From assembly GCA_013265495.1 (NCBI GenBank), contig MU058384.1:3385010-3449009 (forward strand): a stretch of 64,000 bases of DNA, written 5' to 3'. The DNA comes from Vicugna vicugna. Taxonomy: Eukaryota. A program made the position numbers and the translations under genes. The notes below the pieces were generated by a model, which did no database searches, was not told the origin of the DNA, and saw nothing but the letters and a program-made list of their open reading frames with translations. This document shows positions 11,351 to 24,628 of this stretch, in pieces (positions within the stretch are counted from its first letter, which is position 1; each line of letters starts with the position of its first letter).

Positions 11351-13394
11351 ATCACCATCGAGTGTGTGGCATCTATCTTAGGCAGGGCTCCAAGACAAGA
11401 CATCTACTCGAAGACTCTGCAGACTATGAATAACTGCCTCTGAGTCAGGGATTGATCTGATATGATCAGATGTCAGCATGACAGCTTTCCTCAAAAGGGG
11501 GCTGCATGCAGGATAAAAACGGAGAGGACTTGGTTTGGTACCAGTATGATATCCAAACATGTCTAAATTCTCATCAGTGACCCAATCATAGCTTGATCAA
11601 CCATAAGTTTAACTATACCTGCTACAATCCTACAAGGTAGCTTTGTTCATAGCTTGTTTTGTCAGTTCACATATTTATTCAATACATATTAATGGAATGA
11701 TAGGCATTTGGCCTAGATGCAGGGGATACAGCAGTGAAGAAAATAAGGAGTTTGCTTTCTAGCGGAAGAGAGAGAGGACTGATGCCCCAATAATCCTGTT
11801 CTTTGTCATGATTACCACAATTTCAGTACTTACGTGTTTGCAGACACACAGTGGCAAAAACATAGTTAAGAGGCAGGGTGGAGGCAAAGAATGTGAAGGT
11901 AGAAGGTAGGGGAGGGTCTGCTTGAATTTCTAGAACATTGGAGCTAAATGCTTTAGTCACAGATTTTTTCCATTTGTCTCCTTTACAGGGACATGGGCGG
12001 ACATTTTCCGCTCTAGAGAAAAAAGGAAGGAAATGCACAGTGCCAGGAGCCACGAGTGCACAGTGTGTGCTGCACAGCCAGTCTCTGTTCTCATTAGAAC
12101 ATAGTTTTGATTTCTTAAATTATGTTATTTGGCCTTTATTTAACTTCCTCTAGGCCACGTCGAGTGTGGCCTACAAAAAGTAGCCTATTTCCTGAGCGGT
12201 ACGTCCCTTTACACTTGGCCTTGGATGTATCCATCCCTCACCCCACAATGGTTTTCTTGGTCTTAAATAAAAACTCACCTGAGGATGTAGCAGGGACCAA
12301 CATATACTTGAATCTTCTCTAGTCATGAGGCATTAGATGTTTACCAAGGACACTGGCACTGCTCATTTGCCTTCTGTGTGTGTGGCTATATAAGATTTAT
12401 ATATTGGATTTTTAAATATCTTTTACTTTCGTCTTCTCTCTCTTTCTAGACTTTGACCCCCGCATCCCCCTGGCTTTATTCAGGCTAATTCCCTTTTTAT
12501 CTTTCAGGCCATAACATAATTGTAACTGCCTCAAATAAGAACTTCCTTAGAACTTAGACTAAGCTCCTGTTTATGCTCCTGTTAATTCATTGCTCTCCTT
12601 GATAACAATTCCCACAATTTCAGTACTTGTTTGTGTAATAGCTTGATTAACGCCTGTCGAATCCCTCAGTAGACTAAACTCCATGAAGGCAGGGCCATAC
12701 CTGTCTCACTCGGGTCTATACTTCAGCATCCAACAGTGTTAGACACACATCGTGGCAATCAATAATATTTAACGAATTAATAAATATCTTTTGTCTCCAA
12801 GTAAGCAGCACAGTGCCTCAGAAAAATAGGTACTGTGGTGGACACTGATTGTGAAGCTCTGCCCAGCAATAGAAGATTTAGCCCCATCTTCTCCCTGCTT
12901 CTGGGAGTGTTACTGGCAGGCACCCTCAGCAACCAGTCCTCTTCAGAGAATGCCTCAGTTAAAGAAACAGGAAGCCCCAAATCATGTCTTCTCTCTGGGT
13001 GGTTTGCATCTAATGACTAATCATCTTTGGGAGTTGAAGTTCCAGCCATTCAAGCTAACTCAAAGATACCTCTAAAAGTCCATCCCAGCTCTGAAGGCAA
13101 GCTGAAGGCTTTGTTAGGATGGCATTAGAGACCATCTTCTCCCTCTGCTCAATCCTGTTTCTTCCACCTCTTTTTCATAGGGGTCAATTCCAAGAGCATG
13201 TCTTGCAGACTAATCTCCCCTTCAGAGTCTACTTCATGGGTAACCCAACCTGTGATGGCTACTACAAAACAGTTTACTGAACTGAACTGAATATTATGTT
13301 CTGTCCCACTCCATAAACTCCTAAACCGCAAAGTTCACTTCTTATTTATCCTTGCATCCTTGCAATGAGTAGAAGGTGACTTTTATATAGTGAG

Positions 13395-13730
13395 TGTTAT
13401 GGTATGAAAATTTATGTGCCCCCAAATTCATATGTTGAAATTCTAATTCCCAAAGGTGATGATATTAAGTGGTGTGGCCTTTGGGTGGTGCTTAAATCAT
13501 GAAGGTGGAACCCTCATGAATGGGATTAGCACCTTATAAAAGAGAGGTCCCTCCCTCTTCTGTCATGTGAGAAAACAACTACAAATCTGCTCCCCAGAGG
13601 AGAGCCCTCACCTGACCATGCTGGCACTCTGAGCTTGGACCTTTAGCCTCCAGATGATGAGAGATAGAATTCCATTGTTTGTAAGCTACTTGGTCTGTGA
13701 TATTTTGCCATAGCAACCCAGACTAAGACA
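13395..13730 (+). mobile_element. MaLR LTR (MLT1A-like)
   Basis: tgttatgg...cccccaaattcatatgttgaa...ccctcatgaatgggattag...gactaagaca; terminal ~18 bp repeated at 13731-13749. Confidence 0.85.
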
Positions 13731-13804
13731 AACAACCCAAACTAAGACAAACTTAGATAAACACATCAAACAAAATAGGCCCCAAAACTTAGTTTGAGCT
13801 AAAG

Positions 13805-13975
13805 CCTTCCTAATCAAAGTGTGGTCTTAGAGCTAGTGGTATTGCCATTCTTGGTGTATTTTGTTGCAAATGCAGGCTCTCAAGGCCCAAACTGAATCAG
13901 ACCAACTGAATCCAAATCTCCATTTTTACAAGATCCCAGGCAGTTCACATGTTTATTTATTTTCTGAAATACTGA
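13805..13975. mobile_element. MER5A-like DNA transposon remnant
   Basis: caaagtgtggtc...aaatgcaggctctc...actgaatccaaatctccatttttacaagatcccagg. Confidence 0.55.
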
Positions 13976-14089
13976 GCTAAGGGGTTTATTAATATAAATA
14001 AAATGATCTTGCTAATATGTCCTCTCTTGTTTGTACAGCATCTTCGTAAGGTTTTTCTCTCTGAAATTTTGCTGAGTGCTAGTGTAATC

Positions 14090-14440
14090 ATGCCTTCTTT
14101 CATGCAACAAACACTAAATGAGTGCCAAAGATTTCAGCCCTACAGAGCTTACATTCTAGAAGCGGGGTGGGATAAACATCAATATGCATATTGTAGAGTG
14201 TGAGGGAAGGTGATAAGTGTCATGAAAAAAAAAGCAGGGGAGATGGGTTGTAATATCAAAGTTTCCCTAAGGCCATGATAAGCAGAGACTTGAAGAGGTG
14301 AGGTCTTTAGCTACATTTGTATCTGAGCACAAGCCAGGAGTGTTCTAGGAAGAGCAGAGGCCAATGTGGCTGGAGTAGAATAGGTGAGACGCAGAGTAAC
14401 ATGAGATGTGGTCAGAGAGGAAAGAGGGCAGATCTCGTGG
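14090..14440 (-). mobile_element. LINE-2 fragment
   Basis: gagcttacattctag...gaggccaatgtggctggagtaga...gagatgtggtcagagag. Confidence 0.6.
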
Positions 14441-14985
14441 TGAGAGGCTGTTGAATAAACCGCTATTCGATATTTAATTGCTGAAAAGGTAATTCAAGTC
14501 GTTTTTCCTCCAAAAATAAATAGTTCTTGGCTGAACCAATTCGATTTGGGCTGGGGAAGTTTGCACAAACCATTTCACCGGCGAAACTTCGGGATTCTCA
14601 AATACAAATGCAGGGACTGGAGAAGGCACCTAAGGGCTCCTTCTATCCTAAACTCTCAAGTTTCCATACACCTTGATGCAGAAGTCTAATGTACTGTAAG
14701 ATAAAGACCGTGGCTGGGTTGTGGCCTAGGGCAAAACACTGCAAAAAGAAGAAGATGAAACCGGGCAGGTAATGCCAAGCCGAAAGAACATAACCTTTGG
14801 ACACAAATTGCTTACAAACCTGCGAGCCAAGGTCGCGCGACCACAGATTGCGTGGCCCTGACGCCGAGCTTCCTTGGAGGCGGCCCCTCTCGGCCTTCCC
14901 ATTGTAGTTTTGCCTCTCTTACCACACCCTACTCCTCAGGCCGCCTCCGCCTCCCGGCAAAAGTCCGAGTTCCCGCCAGCGAGCC

Positions 14986-15125
14986 CCACCTCCCTGCCCT
15001 GGCTCCGCAACCCGCTCTAACCCCGCCCCTCGCTCTGACTCCGCCTTCCGCTCTGGCCCCGCCTTCCGCTCTGGTCCCGTCTCCCAGCCCTGGCTCCGTC
15101 ACCCGGTCTGGCTCCGCCTCCCCGT
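14986..15125. repeat. Degenerate ~18-bp tandem repeat (CCGCCTTCCGCTCTGGCY) in the IFNGR1 promoter
   Basis: About 8 units starting at 14986, 15005, 15023, 15041, 15059, 15077, 15096, 15114. Confidence 0.8.
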
Positions 15126-15325
15126 CAAAGCCGGCCTCTCAGGCCTAGCCCCGCCTCCCCGTCTTGGTCTCCACTTCACTGTCCACACCTTACTTTCCCG
15201 TCCACGCTCCGCCTCCCGCCGGAGGGCTGGTCCGCGGTGGCGGATGTGACGCAAGGCCTAGGCCCCGGGGCCGCGTCGGGGGACCGCCGCAGTTCAGGGC
15301 CGCACCGGAGTCGGTACCGAGTATC

Positions 15326-15410
15326 ATGGCTCTTCTCTTTTTCCTTGCCCTTATCCTGCTGGCCGGAAGCCTGGCTGAGATGAGCACCGCGGATCCAGAG
15401 CTGTCCTCGG
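15326..15410 (+). CDS. IFNGR1: Interferon gamma receptor 1, coding exon 1 (signal peptide)
   Basis: ATCATGG start; MALLFFLALILLAGSLAEMSTADPELSS; 85 nt, phase-1 donor G|GTACTG. Confidence 0.95.
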
Positions 15411-16279
15411 GTACTGTCGCCCGCGGCAGGGCCGCGGCCGGGTGGGGACGGAGACGGGGGCAGGAGGGGAGCGAGGAGCCGCGCTGGCCTGACGCTCCTC
15501 CCGGGGGGCCGCGCCTGCGTTCGTCCTCAGCGCTTCGGGGCTTCGGATCCTAAGGGGCGACGCCAGGTCTCCGCGGTTTGGCACCTTCAGTTCCCTTCCT
15601 CTTGCCTTTTCCGTTGTTGCCAAAACAGCAAAACACGCCTAGCAGTTCTCTTAATTCAGTTTTAAATAGGTGGAGTTTTCTGGTCAACATGTGGACAGTG
15701 GCCGCAACTCAGGATTAAAATATTCGTAGGGTAGTCCCCGTAGCCTTAGACGTTCTTTCGCCAGCTGAGAATTGTTGAAAGTCAGTAACTGGCCGTCTTA
15801 CGTGCTAGTCTGGAAGTGGTGCAATGCGTGCACTCACGAGCCCATGTGTCAGGCAGTAGGTCTCTTCACAGAGCTTAGTTCCTTGTTTATCTCCGCCTGT
15901 TTATTGAGATGTCCCAGGAAACAAATGCTGAGAATAACGTTTTTCTAAAGCTCGGTGTAATGGTGATTAGGGGCTCCAGGGAAATCAGTAAACCTTTTCT
16001 GCAAGAGGGATAAACTTCGATTATCAGAAAGCCCTGCAGTCTTGAGTGTCTCCTCAATGTACGCAGTTAGCAGCTGCCTGGAAGAGGTCAGGGAGACGAA
16101 GCCTCCACCCTTATCAAACTCTGGGTCTGCACCTCTATATTAGGACTTCCTCTTTGGCAGTTGCTAGCTGTGCTTCCCATTCATCTCAGCTCTCCTTTGG
16201 CTTGCTCCTTAACAGTCAAGCAAATAGTCATTCCTTGGAAGAGGCATTCTGCCAGGTGTTTGGAATACAAAAAAATGGG

Positions 16280-16520
16280 AGTTACTCCATTTCTGCCTTC
16301 AAGGATCATGATTATAAAGCTAAGAGCTATTAGGCACTGTTGAAAGTTCTTATCACAGCTTGTTTCCCCAAAGCCCTATAAAGTAGGCGCTGTTGTGTTT
16401 CCACTTATGGATGAGAAATTGAGACACAGGGAGGTGTATCCAGATTGTATAGAGGTTGCTGCTACTCAGTGGGGAGCTTAGCAATTTGGTTCCAGAGTCC
16501 AAGTTCTTAACTGCATTCTG
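16280..16520 (-). mobile_element. MIR SINE remnant
   Basis: ccacttatggatgagaaattgagacacagggagg...ttccagagtccaagttcttaac. Confidence 0.55.
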
Positions 16521-19500
16521 TCATTACCTAGGGCAAGTTAGTCACCCACAAGGGCACTTGCAGTCCATTGTGATAAGAGCTTGAAGTTACACGTAGATTA
16601 CTGGAAAGCAAGAAATGGGTGCCTAGCTCTGAGCAGGGGAGTGAGGAAAGACTTCACAGAGAAGTTGACCCCAGAGTTGGAATGGGAGGTACAAAGAGAC
16701 CTGCATGTGCAGAGAAAGGGCTATGAAACAGCATGTTGAATTAGCAGAATATTAAGCATTTTATTTAGAATATGTATGTGAGAATGTAAGGATAATTGTG
16801 TTACTTGGAGAGGTGGGAACCAATAAATGATGTGCCTTGTCATGTGTAACAGCAAACTGGCTAACTTAGGCACAAAGAGGAATTTATTGGCTCAGAGAAG
16901 CCAAAGCGAGAGTTGAACAGAAAGGTAAAGATGCCAACAGGGCCTTAGGAAGCTGAACCAGAAATTCAAACTGCCAAGACCATCCATTTCTTATTGCTGA
17001 CTCGACAGCCTTCCCTACTTGGCAGGAATCATGGATGTTGACAGCTTTTGCGTTTTGACATCTTGCAGCTTCCTCCACCTTAAAATCCCTGAAGAAGGCT
17101 CTGATTCACCCAGCTTGGGCCAGGCATCAGCTCGCAGGGAAGGGTATCGTTTTGCAGGGAGTGGCTGTCAGGGACTTCCCAGAAGAAATCATGCTTCTGA
17201 AAGAAGTACAGGTGCTGAGCCAACAAAGTAATATGCTCACTATCCGTGCTTCAGTCAGTGGGCAGCCATTGGATTATCTTGAGGTAAATGATTTTAGGCA
17301 GAATCTGACATGCCATTTAGAAAGACCATTACAAAATAATTCAGGAGTAGACTCAAAGGAGGGAGGCCAATTTGGAGGCTGCTGCTAAAGTCTGGGAGGA
17401 GCTGAGAAGAGGCAGTTTAAATGGAGAAGAAGAAATTAGAAGGCAGAGTCAGCAGGACTCAGTGACTGACTGGACGTGGGAAGAGAGGAAAAGGGGGACT
17501 GAGGTTCCTGGCTAGAGCCAAGCATTAAACCCAGTGCAAGACCCTTCCTGCTGAGCACAGAGCCCTCCCGAGCATCAGGGCCCTTGTGACTACACAGTTT
17601 GTAAGTCCTTAAAGCCAGCCCTGGGAGGAGAATTGCCTGCCTGCCCCCCCCATAGAGAGATGTTCTGTGGCCTTCTGCATTCCAGCATTTGCAAACACAG
17701 GTGTCCGCTACCTTCTTCCAGTTTGTTCTTGCACTCTGGGTACCACCTGAAGAGAAGGCTGCTTTAGCAGAGATGCGGGGCTCTTAACTCCCCTTCTCCG
17801 CTTCTCAGCTATGGGTCTGTTTACTCTCTGACTTTCGGATAGTGCTCTGGGTGTGTTGAAATTTTCCTTTATTTTCTTTAGATTTTATATTTATTTCAGA
17901 GATTCAGAATACTTAAATAAGTGCATTCCAGTTATATTTATTGAATGGGATATTAATAATAGTTTTCTTTTTCACGTTATTCTGATTCATGATTCAGATT
18001 TTGGATTTTGAAAGAGCCTCATTTTGGTTCTATATAAAAGAAAACCTAAAGAATTGAAGAGAAAAATAACCCTTTAAAGAACTGTCTTATAAAATTTAGC
18101 AGCACACAGCAATAGTGCAGTTGTTTTGGGAACTAAATGAATAATTAATGGTTCTATTTTAATTGGATAAGGAATCAGAATGAGAACTGAACCAGAATTA
18201 AATGAGTTCCTGACAGGAAGGAATCAGTTTACCAGTAATTTTCTTATTAAGGGAGACTATTTTAAATTATCTCAATACATAATAATCAGAATACTGGATA
18301 TTCATTTCAGTCCTGTCCATTCTAAATACATGATTTAACTTAATACATTGTTCAGATTTTGCTGTGGCATTCATGTAGTTGGGTTAGTGTAATAAATAAG
18401 GCAAAATTACTCAAAGCAGATACTTGTGAAGTCATCAGAAAACAGTCATCTCCAATTCCTATTTATATATGATGATTTTTTCCCCCGTTATTTCATTAAA
18501 CTGTCACAAAAATGATGCTCAGGCAGCTTATGTTAATTAAAACCAACAAAACTATACACATCATCAAGTCTTTAAATAGTTTCTATAAGCCTTTTTTCTC
18601 TTTGGCAAAAATATGTATGTACATAACTATTACTTCCCTCATAGTTTGGTGCTTAACTGAGATAATACATAACAAAGTTGAGCTCATAGCTTGTCCTGTA
18701 GTAAATGTTTAATATATATTGGTGATTATCATTCAATAATGTGCATCATTATTTTCACAAATTTTTAAATATTGTTTTAGTTATGTATGGGAAATTGTGT
18801 TGGGTTTTTAAAAAACTCATCTAGATCAGTATAAGAAATTTGAACTAAGTTCAGCAGCTCACTCCTCCCACCTTTTTCCTGTTCTTCATAGACTGAAAAG
18901 ACCTTTAGTTTTTCCAACTTTGAATTAATTAGTCCAAAAGGGAATTAATCTTGAGAAATGACTTTTTCTCAGGGACTTGGTCGGTCTGGTTAAATTAGAA
19001 TTTATTGGCATACCAAGCAAACCCAACCAGATGAAACTGAATAAGCAGAAGCAATAATAAAACCCTGCATTTCAGGTCAGAAAAGTGGCTGAGGAGATGT
19101 GTACTGGATAAGCCCTAACTTGGTGGTGGGTTTGAATAAGAGATCTGGGGGATTTTAGTTAATTACAAGTTCAGCGTAAGCCACTGTTTGACATGCCCAT
19201 CTCTTTAAAAAAAGAAGAGAAGGAAAAGTATTTCATTCACATTAGTTGCATTACTTCTGGGCTCTACGTTTTAAGAGAAAGTCAATGATAAAACCTGAAG
19301 ACAGACAAGAAGAAGGGAAGATGGCAAGACTGTGACCCAGGTAAGGGTCTTGACCCAGCTAAGGAACTCTTACATGAATGGTGAGATAGACCTCAAATAC
19401 TTTAAATGTCCTCACTTAAACTCTTAGTTCTGATACTCTTTTTCTGAAAGTACAAGAAAATAATAGAAGGAAGTAAAAGAAGGACTCTTTTTCCATTAGT

Positions 19501-21295
19501 TTCACAAAGTAATGGATATGATTCCTTTCAAAGCCCCCAAATATTGAAATGTTTCCTTTTTAAAACTTTTATGAACACTTGAAACATCATGTGCAAAAAT
19601 TCTCAAAAGTCTTTATTCATCTTAAATCTAGAGGATACTGTTACTTGCTAAGAGAAAAAGTTGGAAAGCATTAAGAAAAAGTCACTATAAAACCACTCAG
19701 GAGATAAATTGTAATCATAATTATTCTGAAAAAAATGAAAACATCTTGGTTTGATGTTTTTCACTTTTTCTGCCTAAATTTCTCATGCCATTTCTCATTT
19801 TGCAGTATAAGCAGAAACTTTTGTGAAAACATCCATGGCTCCACACCTCTAACATGGGGACGGTGTTAGATCTTTTCTCTAAGAGTTGTTCATTCAGAAA
19901 AGGGTCTAGATGCTTAAATTTGGAGCATTTGTTTTTGAGTTTTAGTGTCAGATGACTTAGAATCCCCCCAGACAATTTTAGTACTGGCCCCTGTATCCTT
20001 ACTTCTCTGTGCTTCTCGGTTTGTCCTTCATAGAGAGGTTGGTAAGCAGATTGTCGAATGGTGCCCACAGAGTAGAAGCTCTGTTCTGCCATCAGTGTGC
20101 ACATCCTTGATTCAGTCTTCATGTCTATTGTGTAAAAATTGGTGAAGGACTACTGTGGCTGTCCCTCTTTTCATAGAGGCACAGACGCCTTCTGTGGTTA
20201 TGGGATGGAGCGCAGGTGGCAGCCCGTGCTCCTGTCACCTTCCATTCAGAGGAAATCTCTCATCCTACTACCTTCCCCAGTAACGATGGCAGAGCTGTCC
20301 TGGCCACTGGGTTGGGGCCTCGGTGACGCCTCCATTGCCCCATCTAGTGGCACTACTTGACCACTTGCTGATCTGCATCTAACCCTTGCTCTTTTTTCTT
20401 ATTTATCATGCGGAAACAGTTGGTTATAAACAGAACTCTCCCTTTTTTTCTGCATTGTAATTAGAGTGTTATGAAAAGTGATTCTTCTCTCCTTTGGTTT
20501 TATTTAATCATCAGCTGCTAGTTCTAGAGGAGTTCTTGGAAGTAGATCTGAAAAGAGCTAATATTTACTCTGGGTAGTATGCAGATACAACACTCCAAAT
20601 AACTGACTGCACTTCCAACTCCACTTCCAAAAACAGCATGTGTTACCAAAAACTATTTGGGCATTTTTAAGAGATTAGGAAATCTGTAAAATTATTCTAC
20701 TTCATGAAATATTCTCTTAGGATCTTAAGCTCTATAGATAATACTCTCTTACTACTTCTACATCTATTTTTATTGACATAAGGTAAATTTATTATGAAGA
20801 GAAGTTTTCTTTAAGCCTCAACTATTTTCATCTGAATATATAACAAGAAAAAGGATTAAAAGGAACCCTATTAAGAAGCCTCAATCTCCTCTGCTGTGTA
20901 TGGCCCTGGGAACTCTACCACAAACAAAAGAGAAGTTTGAGGGCTAAATCTGGCAAGACCAGTGCTTCCTGGCTCATCTGCAAGGAAACTGCTTAGAGAA
21001 TCAAAGATGATAGGTGCCAACAGCCATGAGCAGTATTCCAGAAAGATCAGGTAGAGAAATGGTAGATGTCTGATCACTGACTGCAGAAAGGACGTTTTGT
21101 ATGTAGTGAGTATTTGAATCCGAGACATCTTCCAGCTTCATAATCTCAACCTTTAGGCACAAATTGTTCTACTGCTTTCGTAAATAATATGGAAGTTAGA
21201 CATTTTGGCAGGAACCAAAGCTGTTCGTTGAGCAGGAAGCCATAAAATATATTGGCTTATCAAAAAACATTCTATTTCATTTGATTTCTCTATTT

Positions 21296-22085
21296 TATTT
21301 CTTTTATTGAAGTATAGTTGATTTACAATATTATATTAGTTTCAGGTGTATAACATAATGATTCAGTATTTTTACAGATTATACTCCATTTAATGTTATA
21401 AAATATTGTCTATATTCCCTGGGCTGTACAATATATCCTTGTAGCTTATTTATTTTATACATAATAGTTTGTGTATCTTAATCCCCTACACCTGTCTTGC
21501 CCCTGGTAACCACTGGTTTGTTATGTATCTGTGAGTCTGTTCCTGTTTTGTTATAGTCATCCATTTGTTGTTAGATTCCACAAATAAGTGATAGCATACA
21601 ATATTTGTCTTTCTGTTTGGCTTATTTTGTGAAGCATAATACCCTCCAGGTCCATCTATGTTGTTGCAAATGGCAAAATTTCATTCTTTTTTATGACTGA
21701 GTAGTATTCTGTTGTGTATATATACCACATCTTTATCCATTCATCTGTTGATGGACACTTCGGCTGCTTGTAAATAATGTAAATATCTTGGCTGTTGTAA
21801 ATAATGCTGCTGTGAACACTGATGTGTATGTATCTTTTTGAATGAATGTTTTTGGTTTCTTCAGCTATATACCCAGGATTGGAATTGCTGGATCACATGG
21901 TACTTCTATTTTTAGTTTTTTTGAAGAACCTCCATCCTGTTTTCCATAGTGGCTGCACCAGTTTACATTCCCACCAAGTGCACGAAGGTTACCTTTTCTC
22001 CACATCCTCGCCAGCATTTATTATTTATAGACTTTGATGATAGCCATTCTGATGGGTGTGAGGTGATATTTCATTGCATTCTGTT
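21296..22085 (-). mobile_element. LINE-1 3' fragment in IFNGR1 intron 1
   Basis: ttattgaagtatagttgatttacaat...ccattcatctgttgatggacactt...ttgctggatcacatggt...gatagccattctga. Confidence 0.9.
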
Positions 22086-22156
22086 TTTAAATTAGTTTTT
22101 CCTCCTCAGTAAAAGAAAAGAAAAAAAAAGATTCTTAAAATTATGAATGTATAAAG

Positions 22157-22374
22157 CAGGATTTCTGAGTATTTGGCACTGTTGGTGTTTTGAACTGCTG
22201 AGACGTGGAAGCTGTCCTGTGCTTTACCGGCTATTTAGCAGCATCCGTAGCCTCTGTCCTCTAGATGCCAGTAGCTTCCCCATCACTACCACTGAGTTAT
22301 GAGAACTGAAAATGTCTCTAGACAGTGCCAGATTTCCCCTGGGGGACAAAATCACCTCTTGTGGAAAACCACTG
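22157..22374 (+). mobile_element. MER20 DNA transposon
   Basis: tttagcagcatcc...ctagatgccagtagc...aaaatgtctctagacagtgccag...aaccactg. Confidence 0.8.
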
Positions 22375-22979
22375 ATAGAAAGGAGAAAATAATCAGAAAA
22401 AAGGAGGGGGGGTGGCAGTAGAATCTAATTGTCCATGAGTCCAGATCTTTTACCTAAATAACTCTCGATCCATATTCTGCCTGGGAAAGATAATGCAGGT
22501 GATAAGTAATTGTAAATTAAGACAATGTACCAGCTTGGGTTCAAATATTGGAATTTTGGGTTTGGGAAAAAATATTGGTGTTTTCTTTAACAGTAAGCAA
22601 ATATCCTGTGTATGTGAAATTAACATCTCACTTGACAGATGAGAAAATCTGAAATAACTCTTTAGTAGTATAGCAAGGAAAGAACCCAGATTTCTCAATG
22701 TCCAGCCCAGGGAATATCTTATTAGAACTGCCCACTAGATATAAACCTCAGTGATCATCAGTATCATCTGTGCTTTTAAAAAGTATAGACTTCTGGGTCC
22801 CTTCGAATTTTTTAGAGTAAGTTAGTTTGGAAGCCACTGTACCTGACCACATTGCTATTCATTTATTTATTTCAGTTGTATAAGCAATAGATGTCTAATG
22901 GTGTTTTCCAGATAGGTAGGATAGAATAATCTTTAATTTTGGGTCATATTGCTCATTATATACCTTCATGTTCATTCAT

Positions 22980-23040
22980 AAAGAAGGGAAGGAAAGAAGG
23001 GAAAGAAGGAAGGAGAGAGAGGAAAGGAGGAAGGGAGGAG
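22980..23040. repeat. GA-rich simple repeat
   Basis: Purine-only run seen directly. Confidence 0.8.
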
Positions 23041-23849
23041 ATGTGTGTGCGGTCACTTTTCTAAGGGATGGTGGACAACACATTTACACTGAGCAGGGGG
23101 AAAAATGGCTGCTTTCAGTAACGAGATTATGGTTTTGGTAGTGTGTGATTATAAGATGTTAAAGTGACTTCTGCTTATTCTCTCCTGTGACACTTTCACA
23201 TCTCATCAACAAACATTTTCTAAAATGGTTTGAAAGAGCAAAGGCAGGAATAAATACAGGGTATGTTTTGAAAAAAAAAAAAACAAAAAACCCTAGAGAA
23301 CAAAATGTTGATGAAACTGGAGTGGTTGATGGCCGCATCAGGCAATCACTAGACATCTATTCCTTTCCTGGAGAAAAGGCAGTGAAGGTGTGTGATGGTA
23401 CTCGGTGAGGGGTGGGAGCCTGGGTAGTATTACACAGTGAGAGTGGCCATCCCTAGTGTAACCAGTTCTTCTCTAGACATTGCATACAATCTGTGGTTTC
23501 AAATATAGAAAATTCTAGTGACTAAATAATTGAGGATTGTTATCGCAACAGGCAGTACAATTATTTATAAAAATTCCTAGAACACTCTAGGAATTTATTG
23601 TTCATACTGTATTTGTGTTTCCCTTAGGTATAATGTTGTTTCAGTAATTCAAAATAAATTAGAATAATTCTATACAGTTTTCCATAAAATTAATTTTTAG
23701 AAATACCTTAATTTAAATAAATGTATTTATTCTAATGACTCCTTTCCTTCAAATACATATTTGGCTAACGTGGCGTCTTATGTTAAGGTTTTCTAATGTT
23801 AATGCTAGTTTCTTACTATCATCCGTCCCACTTTTTGAATCTGTTACAG

Positions 23850-23964
23850 TGCCAGTTCCAGCCAATCTGACCTTTGAGGCCTATAACTTGAATGCTGTTC
23901 TACTCTGGGATTACCCGATCATGCCATGGACCCCTGTGTTTACTGTACAGGTGAAGGCCTATGA
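23850..23964 (+). CDS. IFNGR1: IFNGR1 coding exon 2 (FNIII domain D1)
   Basis: ttacag|TG acceptor; VPVPANLTFEAYNLNAVLLWDYPIMPWTPVFTVQVKAY; GA|gtgagt donor; 115 nt. Confidence 0.95.
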
Positions 23965-24628
23965 GTGAGTGTCAGTCTTTTATCTTTTTCTTTCTGTTTT
24001 TGCCTAGGTCCTTGCACATTTCATAACTGCCTCCTTCTGTCACTGTTCATTCCCCCATAGCAGAACCTCCTGAGCTGCTTTTAGACTTCCAGAACTAATA
24101 AGGATGCAAATTAGTTCTTTTCAGAATACTTCCTGCCTCTTAGTTCTTCTTCCTGTCAAAATTGAAATAGAGAAGTAGCACCAACTTCTGACATTTTAAT
24201 ATATGACAAATAAAGCTCACAGTTTTGTATTAAAAATAGTGACGTCATCTTACTTCCTGTAGTGTATGTATTGTGGAGTAGAAAGAAAAATGACAAACTT
24301 TGTTGACAATGTTAGGACTCATTGTAATGTGCTGGATTCTGTAATTAAGTAATGACTATGCATGGAGTCTAGATTTGTTTAAAGAGGAGATTTTTAAAAA
24401 TTACATGTGGAATGTGGTTTGTACAGGTCTTATTTTGAATTGAGCCTCTTTATTATTGTAAGAGAATTTCTAGACCTTCTTTGCAGAGTAAAGGCTTCCT
24501 ACTTTGCCTAGCTTCTTGATCCTATTCTTACTCTGCTGTGAATGAAAAGCAAGATGCAGACAGTGATGGTTCAAGTTTATGTATTAACAATAAAAGTTAC
24601 CTTTGTGTTTCTTCGGCCTTCATTTTAG

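Larger units (their letters stand above)
14820..15620 (+). promoter_or_regulatory. IFNGR1: CpG-island promoter of IFNGR1
   Basis: Dense CpG and high GC around exon 1, several GC boxes, ETS-CRE-like composite CGGATGTGACGCA at 15241-15253, no obvious TATA box. Confidence 0.9.

Noticed and set aside
14852..15623. Pro/Arg/Gly-rich ORFs around IFNGR1 exon 1
   Set aside because: Stop-poor CpG-island sequence; only 15326-15410 is supported as coding
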